A stretch of 64,000 nucleotides of DNA from Candidatus Dormiibacterota bacterium (GTDB taxonomy: Bacteria > Chloroflexota > Dormibacteria > Aeolococcales > Aeolococcaceae). How positions within the stretch are numbered: position 1 is the first letter of the stretch; each line of letters opens with the position of its first letter. Shown in pieces: positions 46,403 through 56,212 of this stretch. The translations under genes were made by a program, and so were the position numbers. A model generated the notes under the pieces. It ran no database searches. It was not told where the DNA came from and saw nothing but the letters and a program-made list of their open reading frames with translations. The DNA is taken from NCBI GenBank assembly GCA_963768105.1, contig CAVYGR010000008.1, positions 233,023 to 297,022 of the forward strand, written 5' to 3'.

Positions 46403-46641
46403 CCGTTCCGTTAACTCTCTCAGCCGCCGCGTCGCCGCTCATCATCGAATAGACGCGACGGGGCGATCGATCGGCTGTGAAGGTCTGACTTCCGGCATTA
46501 GTCTGGTTACCGCACACTGACGCGAGTCTAGGTTTGGCCCGCAACAGTAACGAGTTGCCTTATCGCGTTGCCTCGCCGACGATGCGTAGTTTAGCGACGG
46601 AGGCCCGACATCGTGGCGCCAGTCGATGGCGCGTATCTGCA

Positions 46642-47791
46642 TCAGGTTGACCTGATCATCTCGTCGTAGTAGCCAATTTGAGCAGCGATGACCCGCGACT
46701 GCTCGAAAGTAGTCAAGAAAGCACGTCTAGCCGCAGTCCGCATTTCCAAGAGGTCCAGGCGGCCAAGTGAGGCGATGGCCCCCATTTGCTGAGCCAACGA
46801 ATAGGGATCTCCAGAGCGGAAATCGCGCCCGAATGAACGCTGCACTACGGAAGCCATCGGACCCAAGTCGCTGACGATAATCGGGGTCCCGACCGCAAGT
46901 GCCTGCGCAATTATCATCGGCATGCCCTCAGGGCATATGCTGGGCACGCACAGAACGGCGCCCCGCAACCGCTCAAGAACCTCTGCCGGAGCGAGAGGCC
47001 ACAAAATTCAGGTTTCCCCGGCTCGCCGCAACTGATCGGACCTCATTTTCGAGAACGCCGCTACCAGCAACTTCGAAGTCGGCTGGTGCCCGCAGGACGC
47101 TTGCCGCTTCAAGAAAGACCCGTACCCCTTTCTCAACTCCTAGCCGTCCGGCGAAGATAAATCTCGGGCGGCCTTCTTGCGGCGCCATGACGAACTCGGC
47201 ACGTCGGGTTGAGGGTTCGGTTTATACAGAACGCGTCCCTGAAACAGAGCCGAACGGCGCAACATCTTTCCCATACCAGGCGCAACCGTAAACACGGTGT
47301 CAATGTGGGAGAGCGCGGGTGTCTGCACCATCTGAGCCACCGCGAAGGCCGCTGATTGCGCGCGAGAACCTCGGTAACATCTGTGGACAACACCGGGCAA
47401 GAAGGAGCGCCATTCCTGGCACAACGTGCATGGACGACCTTGGCGAAAGAGGATCCCGCTTAGACAGTCCAGTCTGTAATTGTGCAGCGTCCAGACGGTG
47501 CGTACCCCTCGGAGGTGCGCCCGGCAAACACTTTGTAGCCGATGCTGGGCCAAGGGTTGTGAACGTGGAGGATGTCAAATGTGGAAAGCCATTCGGTGTC
47601 CAGCAGGTTGCCAGTCGCCAGCCTGATCGCCTTCGTGTGTAGCGCAATCTCTGGAAGGTCATTGATGAAGGACCCAACAACGCAACATCTAGACCAGCGC
47701 CGCGCAGTGCGGCTACTTCACTAATCACCGCGTCGTTCTCTCCACTGGGGGTGGCCTTCGAATAGAAGTTGTGCGCTACAAGAACTCTCAT
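46642..47791 (-). pseudogene. GT4 glycosyltransferase (Cys-rich HNYRL.C subtype) with at least three frame breaks
   Basis: Pieces are MRVLVAHNFYSKATPSGENDAVISEVAALRGAG (47791 frame), VWTLHNYRLDCLSGILFRQGRPCTLCQ...HRCYRGS (47140..47553), RPRFIFAGRLGVEKGVRVFLEAA (46973..47188) and VPSICPEGMPMIIAQALAVGTPIIVSDLG (46642..47004). Confidence 0.7.
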
Positions 47792-47873
47792 TCCAGCCTA
47801 CCGGACCACCAGCGTGATGCGCCCAGGCAATAGAAGTAAGGGACGGCGCCGAAGGGGCTTTCGAAGATGACCC

Positions 47874-49055
47874 CTAGCGACGCCACGATGGGCAGGCAAT
47901 CAGTACCGCTCCCGCCGCGACCTGTATCGAGTCGCCGTGGAGCAGTCGCCACCCGCGAACGAATCCGATGGCGGATAGAAAGGTGATAAGGAGGAGGCCC
48001 GCGATGCCGAGGCGAGCGTACACATCCAACCACCAATTATGCGGAGAGCGGACGTCATCCTGGACGTTCAGTGCCACCGAGGCGCCGGACTCTTCCATGA
48101 TGTTTCTCCCGAAACCCAGCCCTAGCACCTCAGCGTTCTCGAGCGCGACATATTCGTAGAGCGTCGGCCACGCCACGATGCGCGCATTTTCTGTACCCGC
48201 CGCCTGCAGCGAGATGGAGTTGGATGCAGGAAGGCCCAAACTGCCTGCGAATCGCTGAGAAATCGGGATGGAAGGCGATGCCAGAATGAGAGTCACTGCC
48301 GACGCAGCAAATAGCGTGAAGACAACGACGCGGCGCCCATGATGCGCCGATGGACCGCCCGAACTCAGGAGAACCGCAAACACTACGACCACCGCGGCCA
48401 CGAAACCCGCGCGGCTCAGGAGCAGGGCGGCGGCAGTGAGATTGAGCGCAACCACTGCGAGGTATAAGGCTTTCCGACCTCGGAGGGATGCGCTCAGGTA
48501 AATAGCAGCCGCTATACCGCAGACAGCGCTATCGAAGTCACCTCTAGGGGTCAGTATCCCCAAACCAGGTTGCAACTGGGGCAACCTCGTAGGGATGCTT
48601 GGCGCGATCAGCGCTAACCCGACCCAGATCAGATGAAAGTTGAGAACGCGGTACAGCCAGTACAACTCTGCAACGCGACCGGCTGGCAGCCTGGGTGCGA
48701 GGAGAACGAGGGCCACCATGAGGTACGGGTAGCCGTCGCGAACGCTGTCCGCGACGAGTAGCTCGTCAAACACGAAGTGACCGAGGGCAAGAATCAAGAT
48801 GCAGGACGCAATCGCTCCAAGAAGCGGGTTTCTTGGAACGCTCTGTCTCTTTCCGCTGAACAGGCGCAGTAAGACGGCACCGATGACGCAAATGTCGGTA
48901 ATGTATGGAGGATTTCCTGGCAGAGGGCCCAAGTAGCTGCCCCATCGACCTGTGCCTACAAGGAAGAGGACTACCGCCGCAAGAAGAAGTTCCCAAGGCT
49001 GTGACGCGAGCTCCCACAAGCATGACAAAGCGGCGGCCGCGACGTTACCTTGCAT
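47874..49055 (-). CDS. O-antigen polymerase/ligase-like membrane protein (second Wzy-type gene)
   Basis: A 393-aa polytopic protein of about 10 hydrophobic segments with a loop region near NWWLDVYARLGIAG, typical of the Wzy_C family. It lies in the A/T-richer cassette. Confidence 0.6.
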   Translation of the reverse strand: MQGNVAAAALSCLWELASQPWELLLAAVVLFLVGTGRWGSYLGPLPGNPPYITDICVIGAVLLRLFSGKRQSVPRNPLLGAIASCILILALGHFVFDELLVADSVRDGYPYLMVALVLLAPRLPAGRVAELYWLYRVLNFHLIWVGLALIAPSIPTRLPQLQPGLGILTPRGDFDSAVCGIAAAIYLSASLRGRKALYLAVVALNLTAAALLLSRAGFVAAVVVVFAVLLSSGGPSAHHGRRVVVFTLFAASAVTLILASPSIPISQRFAGSLGLPASNSISLQAAGTENARIVAWPTLYEYVALENAEVLGLGFGRNIMEESGASVALNVQDDVRSPHNWWLDVYARLGIAGLLLITFLSAIGFVRGWRLLHGDSIQVAAGAVLIACPSWRR

Positions 49056-50238
49056 ACGTAAGCCCGGAGCGCGTAATCCGGTAGTAGGCGATCACCGTTG
49101 CGGCCGCCTCGCAGATGATTACCGCGGCGAACAGGTGGCTGCTAGGAAGAGCAAAAGCTGCCGCGGCTACGATCGCCGTGGCCGCGATTGCCCAACCCTG
49201 GCGGCTCGTGCGCGCGCGAACTGCCGGCTACACCGAATGCGAACGAGCAGCGGCAAGAGAATCACATTCAAGGCTACGGCGGTCCCGAACGCATATAGAT
49301 AGAAGGGCGCCTCAGCCCACGCAGATTGGAAAATCTCGTGCCCTCGGAGGGCGACGAGGGCGGCCACCAAGGAACAGACTAGGAGCGCCCACTAACGACA
49401 GTTGAAGTCGATGGATCTGCTAGCGACGCTCGGCGTCTCCGTCAGCATCCGCGAACCGAGGTATCGCCACGTTGACGAGCGACATGAAGAAGATGCTGGC
49501 CGGCATCCAGATCGTCAACGCAACCCGAATACCCGCAGCCGTACTGGCTGGCAGCAGCAGGCTTGCGGCCGCGTATAGAAGAGAAAGGAGGCCACTGCCA
49601 GCGAGGAACTCCACCGTTGTGGTGGCTCTGAGCGATCTCACCCTTGGTTCGCGAAAGGGGCCCGGTTTAATGCTCTTGCCGAGAACCGGCAGCCATAGGG
49701 GGGCGGCTGCCGCCACGCCAAGAAGCCAGAGCGCAGGGAACGCGACGCTAGTTCGCGCAGCGACCCAGAACACTGCAGCTACTGCGAAGAAAGAGCCCGT
49801 CCACGTCCAGTCTATGGCTGCTGCCTTCCAGGCGTGCTGACGGCTGAAACAGAGGTACCGCGCGGAGTCCAACGCGAGCAAGGCGGGGAGGCCAAGCGCA
49901 AGCGGCAGCGTCAGTGCCCACGCATGGGGCAGTAGAAATCCTAGGAGGACACCCAGGGCAACAAGAGGCGCGGTGCGCGTGAGCAGTTGCCAGACGACCT
50001 CGCCGGCAAGCAACGAGGATCTTTCAGCTGACCAGGTTATTGATAGAAGAGGATCCAATGTGGATGATCGCCAAAGTCCCTGTGCCCATGTGTAGTACGC
50101 GTACATGCCTGAGTACGCTGCAAAGGCGAGCACAGATTGCTGTCGCGCCACCAACACGGTTAGGCCAAAGTTTCCCGCGCTGGAAGCGCCTTAACTCATG
50201 AGTACGCCCAGCAAAGCTGGCCGCGAGAACCGGCGCAT
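49045..50238 (-). pseudogene. Wzx-like polysaccharide transporter, at least three frame breaks
   Basis: Hydrophobic pieces lie in different frames: MRRFSRPALLGVLMS (ATG 50238), ORF 49420..50157, ORF 49167..49370, and a terminal piece WAIAATAIVAAAAFALPSSHLFAAVIICEAAATVIAYY ending at TAA 49045-49047, which overlaps the Wzy-like start. The assignment rests on topology and context only. Confidence 0.4.
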
Positions 50239-50289
50239 GGCCCTACGCGGCCTTGGCAAGCGTGCCAACCGCCGCAAGTAACCGGGACG

Positions 50290-51324
50290 CTACGACGCCT
50301 GCCTCAAAGCGCATCGCTGTCGGTATGCATCCTCAGATGCGACTTTCCATGTCGCGGTGCTGGTCAACAGTGCGCGCATGCTCAGCGCCAAGTCCTCCTC
50401 CGAGAAACCGGGCGCCAGGGCAACTCCGTTACGACCGTTGATGAGGTCAGTGCTGACGCTCGCCGCGATCACGGGGGTCCCAGCGGCGAAAGCCTCGAGG
50501 ACAGTAGGGCTAAAGACGGGAATTCGATATGTCGACGGTACGACGACGAGCATGCAACCCCCCAGCAATTCTAGGAAGGCGTCGGTGGGCACGTATCCGA
50601 CCAGAGTAACCCGGCCCTGGACTTCGATTGGGAGAGCCGCAACCTGAGCCTCTAGCGCCTCCGTCGGGCGGCCGGTAATCACCAGCTCGTACGCCTCATC
50701 GAGTCGCGCCGCCGTGAAACCGCGCAGGCTCGCGCCTGGGTTCTTATACTCTGCGGTTCCCATGTGCAGAATGACTGGCCGGCGGTCAGCGATTGGTCGA
50801 TTCCGGCGTCCCTCCATGACCACGGAGTTGGCTAGTGGTCCAGACAGCTTTGGGATGACCGACCGCCCTGCGGACAAAATCTCAGTTGAAGTCGCAAGCG
50901 CTACGTCCGTCTGAGAGTAACTATGGCGGCGATACGCGTTTTGTACGAAGGCGCCCCACGATCCCCGCAATTCCCAATCGTGGCAGATGGCGATGGTCGG
51001 CACTCGGGAAAGTCGGAACGGCAGGACACCATTTAGCAGAAGGAGGTCGGGGCTCAACCTACGAACAACGGACCGCCCTCGCTCGTACCAAAGAATCAAA
51101 CTCTCAAGTTGACCCCCATACGAAATATGGCCCAACGCACGTAAAGCCGGATATCGGCGTGCGTACGCCGCATCACGGACCGTCTGTACGTTACCAAAGC
51201 TTGTCCCCACCATAGTTACGTGGTGCCCCAACCGAATGAGCCCATCGCTAAGCGAGATCATCGAACTGGTAATGCCATCTGGCATATCCAGCGGCGTGTC
51301 CCGGCGTGTGATTACTATGTGCAT
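50290..51324 (-). CDS. GT4 glycosyltransferase
   Basis: The start is MHIVITRRDTPLDMPDGITSSMISLSDGLIRLGHHVTMVGTS at 51324. The C-terminal domain reads VVPSTYRIPVFSPTVLEAFAAGTPVIAASVS. Confidence 0.75.
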   Translation of the reverse strand: MHIVITRRDTPLDMPDGITSSMISLSDGLIRLGHHVTMVGTSFGNVQTVRDAAYARRYPALRALGHISYGGQLESLILWYERGRSVVRRLSPDLLLLNGVLPFRLSRVPTIAICHDWELRGSWGAFVQNAYRRHSYSQTDVALATSTEILSAGRSVIPKLSGPLANSVVMEGRRNRPIADRRPVILHMGTAEYKNPGASLRGFTAARLDEAYELVITGRPTEALEAQVAALPIEVQGRVTLVGYVPTDAFLELLGGCMLVVVPSTYRIPVFSPTVLEAFAAGTPVIAASVSTDLINGRNGVALAPGFSEEDLALSMRALLTSTATWKVASEDAYRQRCALRQAS

Positions 51325-52180
51325 CGCTTCGCTCGGAAGCGCTTCCACCGGCTGAGCCCTCCGCTCAGTGCAATCCGCGCTAGGAACTCCGGTACTATGC
51401 GCAGGTATCGAGTTACTAAGCGCCGCGGCTCGCAGGCAAGCCGGAACAACCACTCCAGGCCAAGCGTGCGAAGTACAGGTGGGCACTCAGCAGTGGCGCC
51501 GGTAACAAACTCCGCCGCAGCGCCAACTCCAACAAGCAAAGTCTTCTCTAGTTGGGGCGCGAGCGTAATGACAATCTCCTGCTTCGGCGTGCTCAGCAGG
51601 ACAAAAACGACATCTGGGTTTACGCCCTAATTGAATCGTTGCTCGCGTCGATGATCGTCGACACGTCTCCGAACGGCGGTGCGAAACCACCGATAGATAA
51701 AAGGCCGGGGTAGGTACGGGCCACGAAACCGGTTATGGCGGATAGCTTAGCCGGCGTAGTTCCGCAGAACATGATTCGTAAGCCATCTGCTTCGCACGTA
51801 GACAGCAAGGCGCGAAGCAGGTCTGCTCCTCGACACTGAATGGTCGAGCCGACTCCGCTAAAGCGGCCGCAAAGGGCGAGCGGGCGACCATCTGGAAGAT
51901 TACAGAGCGACGCGTCGAAGGCGGCTCGCAGGTCTGGCGAGTGGCATGCTTCAACAACTCCGTGGACGCTGGTTACGCATACGAACGTGCCGCCGTGGTC
52001 AAATCTCGCTTGCACAAGCTCTCGGGCAAGTTCCGGTGCCCGCGCAGTGAGCTCGGTTCCAAGGACTGTGAAGCGAGCACCCGCGATTCGGTCGCGGTAT
52101 GACAGTTCGCACGTGTCTAAGCGGCCTCGGCTTCTACTTGCGTGGCTAGCGTAACGAAGTTTCGTCAGGGACAACCGCAT
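51315..52180 (-). pseudogene. WecB/TagA/CpsF-family (GT26) glycosyltransferase, frame break near 51625
   Basis: FTVLGTELTARAPELARELV...VCVTSVHGVVEA...NLPDGRPL lies in ORF 51620..52282. GVNPDVVFVLLSTPKQEIVITLAPQLEKTLLVGVGAAAEFVTG...LGLEWLFRL lies in the frame of ORF 51315..51539. The start is uncertain. Confidence 0.65.
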
Positions 52181-53240
52181 GCTCCACGCGTTTATCCAGC
52201 TTGTCAGATCCTGGCCCGTGCGCGCCCTGAGCGTATCCTTGTTTGCGGTGTCCGGCAATGGCATTTTCATTGGCGCTCTCAATTACCTGTCGCTCGATCC
52301 ATTCATAGGTCGCTGTTAATCCGTCCTTTAAGCTCACCGACGGTTCCCAGCCGAATAGATTCTTTATCAAGGTATTGTCGCTGTTGCGGCCGCGGACTCC
52401 TTGGGGACTGAAACGTTGTAGGTACGGTCTAACTGAACGTTCGCTATCGCCTTCGATGATGTAACCAGCTGATTGATCGTCACCAACTCGGCACTTCCCA
52501 GATTGAGGGGCTCCGCGAACGCACACGTCTGCGATCAGGCCGCGTGCCGTACACGCAGTCGTCGATAAACATGAAGCTCCGTGTCTGCGCCCCGTCGCCC
52601 CAGATCTCTATCTCGCGGCGACCAATTAGCTTAGCCTGGGGCGACCTTCCGACAGATCGCGGCCGGCGCCTTCTCGCGACCTCCCTCCCATGTACCGAAT
52701 TGCCCGTAGAGCGTTGTGGTATCGCGCGACTCTCGTCTCGCAGTCCGAAGTCGTTCGCGGAAATGCCTACACATCCTCTCGCCGAACAGCTTCTCCCATC
52801 CGTATCCGTCTTCTGGGTCTGCAGGGTATGCGTCAGCTTCGCTAAGAGGCTTTACGGACGGAGAATTCTGATGAGAGGCAGCGTAGACGCATGCGCTCGA
52901 GCTGTAGAAATATCGGGAGCTTTAACCTCCTTAGCCGCCATGAGAAGGTGGGTGTTTATCAGTACGACAACATGCAGAGCGCGCGGTTGTTCTCGATGAA
53001 CCCCATGCCACCCATGTCGCATGCAAGGTTATATATGATGTCCTGTTCGCTTGCGGCCGCTCGAGCCGTATCGAGAAGGCTGAGATCAGCGACGATATTT
53101 TCCGACCGGCCGTGTGCCTGATACCAGCAGCCCAAGGGCTTGAGATCGACCGCGCGCACGAGGTGACCTTCCTCTATAAGGTTTGCCACGAGGTGTCCGC
53201 CGAGAAATCCGCCGCCGCCAGCAACGAGCACGTTCCCCAT
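52146..53240 (-). pseudogene. GDP-mannose 3,5-epimerase (GME)-like SDR, at least seven frame breaks
   Basis: GGAAGG lies 6 nt before ATG 53240. The N-terminus reads MGNVLVAGGGGFLGGHL...IYNLACDMGGMGFIENN. Hand translation recovers RYFYSSSACVY, SEADAYPADPEDGYGWEKL, ETRVARYHN, LYGQFGTWEGGREKAPAAICRK and IEIWGDGAQTRSFMFIDDCV in alternating frames. The C-terminus has VRGRNSDNTLIKNLFGWEP...LKDGLTATYEWI. All match plant and bacterial GME motifs from memory. Confidence 0.75.
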
Positions 53241-53414
53241 CTTTTACCTTCCACTGGTGCGCTTGGCGTGCTCATGTCTATTCCGCGCTATAGTAGTATC
53301 GGGAGCGAGGTGGGTGCGCCGATGCGCGTGCCTGCTTCTCCGGATCGAGCCCTCGTTGGGCTGCTCGATACCCGACGCTAGGCAGACTGGCCGGTTCCGA
53401 CCACTAACCTCTGC

Positions 53415-55225
53415 TCACGAGCCACCGCCGGTCGACGCTGAGGTCGCTATGTAACTGGAAGTCGTGCCGCCAGGCAGTTGCACCTCGACACTGATTGGCC
53501 ACGTGAGCGCATTGATCTGCCTTTCCCACGCAAGCTGGTAGCTGACCGACCCATTGGGCGCCACCTGTGCAAACGGGCCGTCATAAAGGAAGGTCAGCGC
53601 TGTCGTTCCATTCACGTCGAGGATGAGGTCGAAGGCGATCCACGGGCGGCCGTCTTCCACCCCGAAGTCCTCCGGGCTCTCCGATCGCGCGGGCGCGCCG
53701 TTCTCGCTGACCTGCAGATCCTCGAAGTGCGCCGACGGGCGGGAGGTATACCCGGACGTAATCCTCATACAGCCCGCCGGTGTTCACGAGTAACGCAGCA
53801 TTGGCCGGCGCCGTCTCGAGGGGGTTGTGATACGTCAAGGTCAGCCGATCCTGCACATGTCCGTGCGAATCCACAATCGCACGGAGGTCATAGTGCCGGG
53901 TGACGAAGAGGTCGCCCTTGGTCCCTGACAGATTCGAGTCCGCGACGAGCAGGGCGTCGCCGACGGGCTTCTGGGGCAACACGCCGCCGAGCCCAGCGTT
54001 CACAACCAGCTGCTCGAGCTGCGCATCCTTGAAGTTGAGCACGATGTGCTTCTCGGCAGCCCCCCGCTCCAGTGCCGTCGCCAGCGCCACCCACTTGCTT
54101 CTCGGCGTCTTGAACGCCGCAGCAATCACCGCGTGGCCAAATGGTGCGAGGTACACCTTGCCCGGGTCGCCGGGGCGAGCGAAGTTGATGATGTAGTTGA
54201 GCTCCAGGAGCGAATTGGTCGCGCTCACCACCTGCGGGTAGGGCGGCACCTGCACACTGCCGATCACCTGGAGCACGTAGGAGAGTGCGATCGGATCCAC
54301 ATCGATGACGCCGTCGACCGGCAGCCCGGTCGCGCCGGTGTAGAACTGCGTTGCCAGCGCCGCCGTGGTCGGAAAGTTGGGAGACCAGTCGGCATCCCCG
54401 AGGACGAGATTGGTGCCGGTGATAGCCCCAATCGGTGCCGGCGGGGGAATGTTGGTCACCAGCGTGTCCGAGAACGTCGATGACATGAAGTTCGAGCTCA
54501 CCAGCTGGCCGTCCTGGAAGACGACCGTCCCCACCGCGCCGATGAAGCCGCCGCCGCCGCGCTCCTCGCCAGGGTTGGTGAGCAGGAGCAGGTAGCGGTG
54601 CGTCCCGGTCCCCACGATGCTCGGCAGGACTTGCAGGATGGTGAGGCCCGCTCGCACCGGCGCGTCGAGTCGCTGCTGGGCCTGCTGCGCGGTCGTCCGC
54701 AGGTGCTCGATGGGGCCAAAGAGGGCGCCACTCGGGATCGCCGCCACCGCGGCATCCAGCGCCCCGAGATCCGCGAGGGCTCGATCGATCGCCGTGCGTT
54801 GGGTGTCGCCGAGGGTGGCCAGCTCCTTGATCACCCCCGACCCTCCCCCCGCGGAGCCGCTGTGCAGGTTCTGGAGCAACGGGATCAGGTCGAGCGCGAG
54901 GCTGGTCCCATCCTCTCCCGCGTGGCGCATGGCGCGCACCGCGGCGACCTGCCGATCAACCACCGGCAGATGCGGCGAGCGCGCCGGCGATCCATCCGTC
55001 ATCGATCACCGATGAGCGAGGGCCGAAGGCCTCTTGGGCGTCGTCCAACAGCGCGGTGGCCTCGGCGAGCTGATCCGCGGTCGGGTCGAGCCCGGCGCTG
55101 CGGAGGAGGCTCTCGGCGCCGAGCACGTCCGTGCGCCCCTGCTGGAGCGCGTTGTAGGCAGGGAGGTAGCGGACGAGCGCGACGATGACCACGGCGACCA
55201 GGACGGCGACGATGCCGAGGCCCAC
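53415..55225 (-). pseudogene. DUF4012-type membrane-anchored protein of cell-envelope glycan loci, two frame breaks (about 54990 and 53765)
   Basis: GTG 55225 gives the TM anchor GLGIVAVLVAVVIVALV (ORF 54956..55225). The core reads YLLLLTNPGEERGGGGFIGAVGTVVFQDGQLV (ORF 53581..55002) and resembles the DUF4012 N.aE.R..GG..G motif. The C-terminus is in ORF 53415..53768. Confidence 0.6.
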
Positions 55226-55389
55226 GCCCGATGGTCCACCGGCGCGAGAGCGGCCAGCGACGGCGCTTGCGCCTCGGGGTGAGGAAGAGGCCCGGGTGCG
55301 GCGCCCCGCTACCCGAGGTCACTCACTCAGACTGGCTGGCCGCGAGCCTCCGAGGGACAAACCAGTGGCGGGTCCGGACGGCTACCCCG

Positions 55390-55980
55390 TCACGAGCGCA
55401 GGCCAACGCCCATTGCGCCGAGCAGCCACCCACCCACGGGCGGCGATGGGCTAGCCGGCACTGTGAAACTCGTGGTGGTACCGGTGCCAACGCAGTTAAT
55501 TGTTTCAGTGAAGTGGTGGCGCTGGTTGTTCTCCGCCTTCTCGGTGGCGTAGATGGTTGCGGTAGCGCTCGGGAAAGTTGGACAGAAGTTGGGGTTGGAG
55601 TTAAACATGGACGTCGCTATGTACATGCCGCCGACGAGGGTGATATTCGAGCACGGGGGTGTGAAGGGCGTCGCGGTACCCGCCGCGGTGGGGCTCACGC
55701 TGAAGCACACGTTGCCCTTCGGATGCTTCTCATCCGAGGTCTTGATATCGGTGAAGGTGACCGTGCATGTCCCACCCGCAACGATGGTCGCGTTGGTGCA
55801 GACAACATTCTCGTGTTCGTGCGGGCCTGACGACGTTCGGGGCGTGTTGACGGTTGCGCTTGCATGGGCGGCCGACGATGCTGCGAAGACCGTACCGGTG
55901 CCGAAAGCCAGGACGACGGCCGCACCACCGATCATCAGCGGGGCCACGAGGGCAGTGCGCGCCGCTCTGCGCATGTTCAC
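55390..55980 (-). CDS. Secreted hypothetical protein with hydrophobic C-terminal tail
   Basis: AAGGAGGG lies 7 nt before GTG 55980, and ATG 55974 is in frame. The signal peptide is RRAARTALVAPLMIGGAAVVLAFGTGTVFAA. The mature part contains Cys residues. The protein ends VPASPSPPVGGWLLGAMGVGLRS. Confidence 0.5.
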   Translation of the reverse strand: MNMRRAARTALVAPLMIGGAAVVLAFGTGTVFAASSAAHASATVNTPRTSSGPHEHENVVCTNATIVAGGTCTVTFTDIKTSDEKHPKGNVCFSVSPTAAGTATPFTPPCSNITLVGGMYIATSMFNSNPNFCPTFPSATATIYATEKAENNQRHHFTETINCVGTGTTTSFTVPASPSPPVGGWLLGAMGVGLRS

Positions 55981-56212
55981 CGCCAGACCCTCCTTGAAAG
56001 CCAGCCTGATGCCAGTTAAGCCCGCAGGGTACCACCCCCGCAAGCGAGTGCGCAACGGATCTGATGGGGTGGACGCGATCTGGCGGGCAATCCCTGACGC
56101 ATCGCGTCAAACCGCATCTGCTTGACAAGCGCCAACCCTGAAGCGTATACGTCGTTCGCTCCATGTAGGGAGATTGGCTGGGTTGAGCCCCGCGCGGCTC
56201 TGGGAGGTCGGC

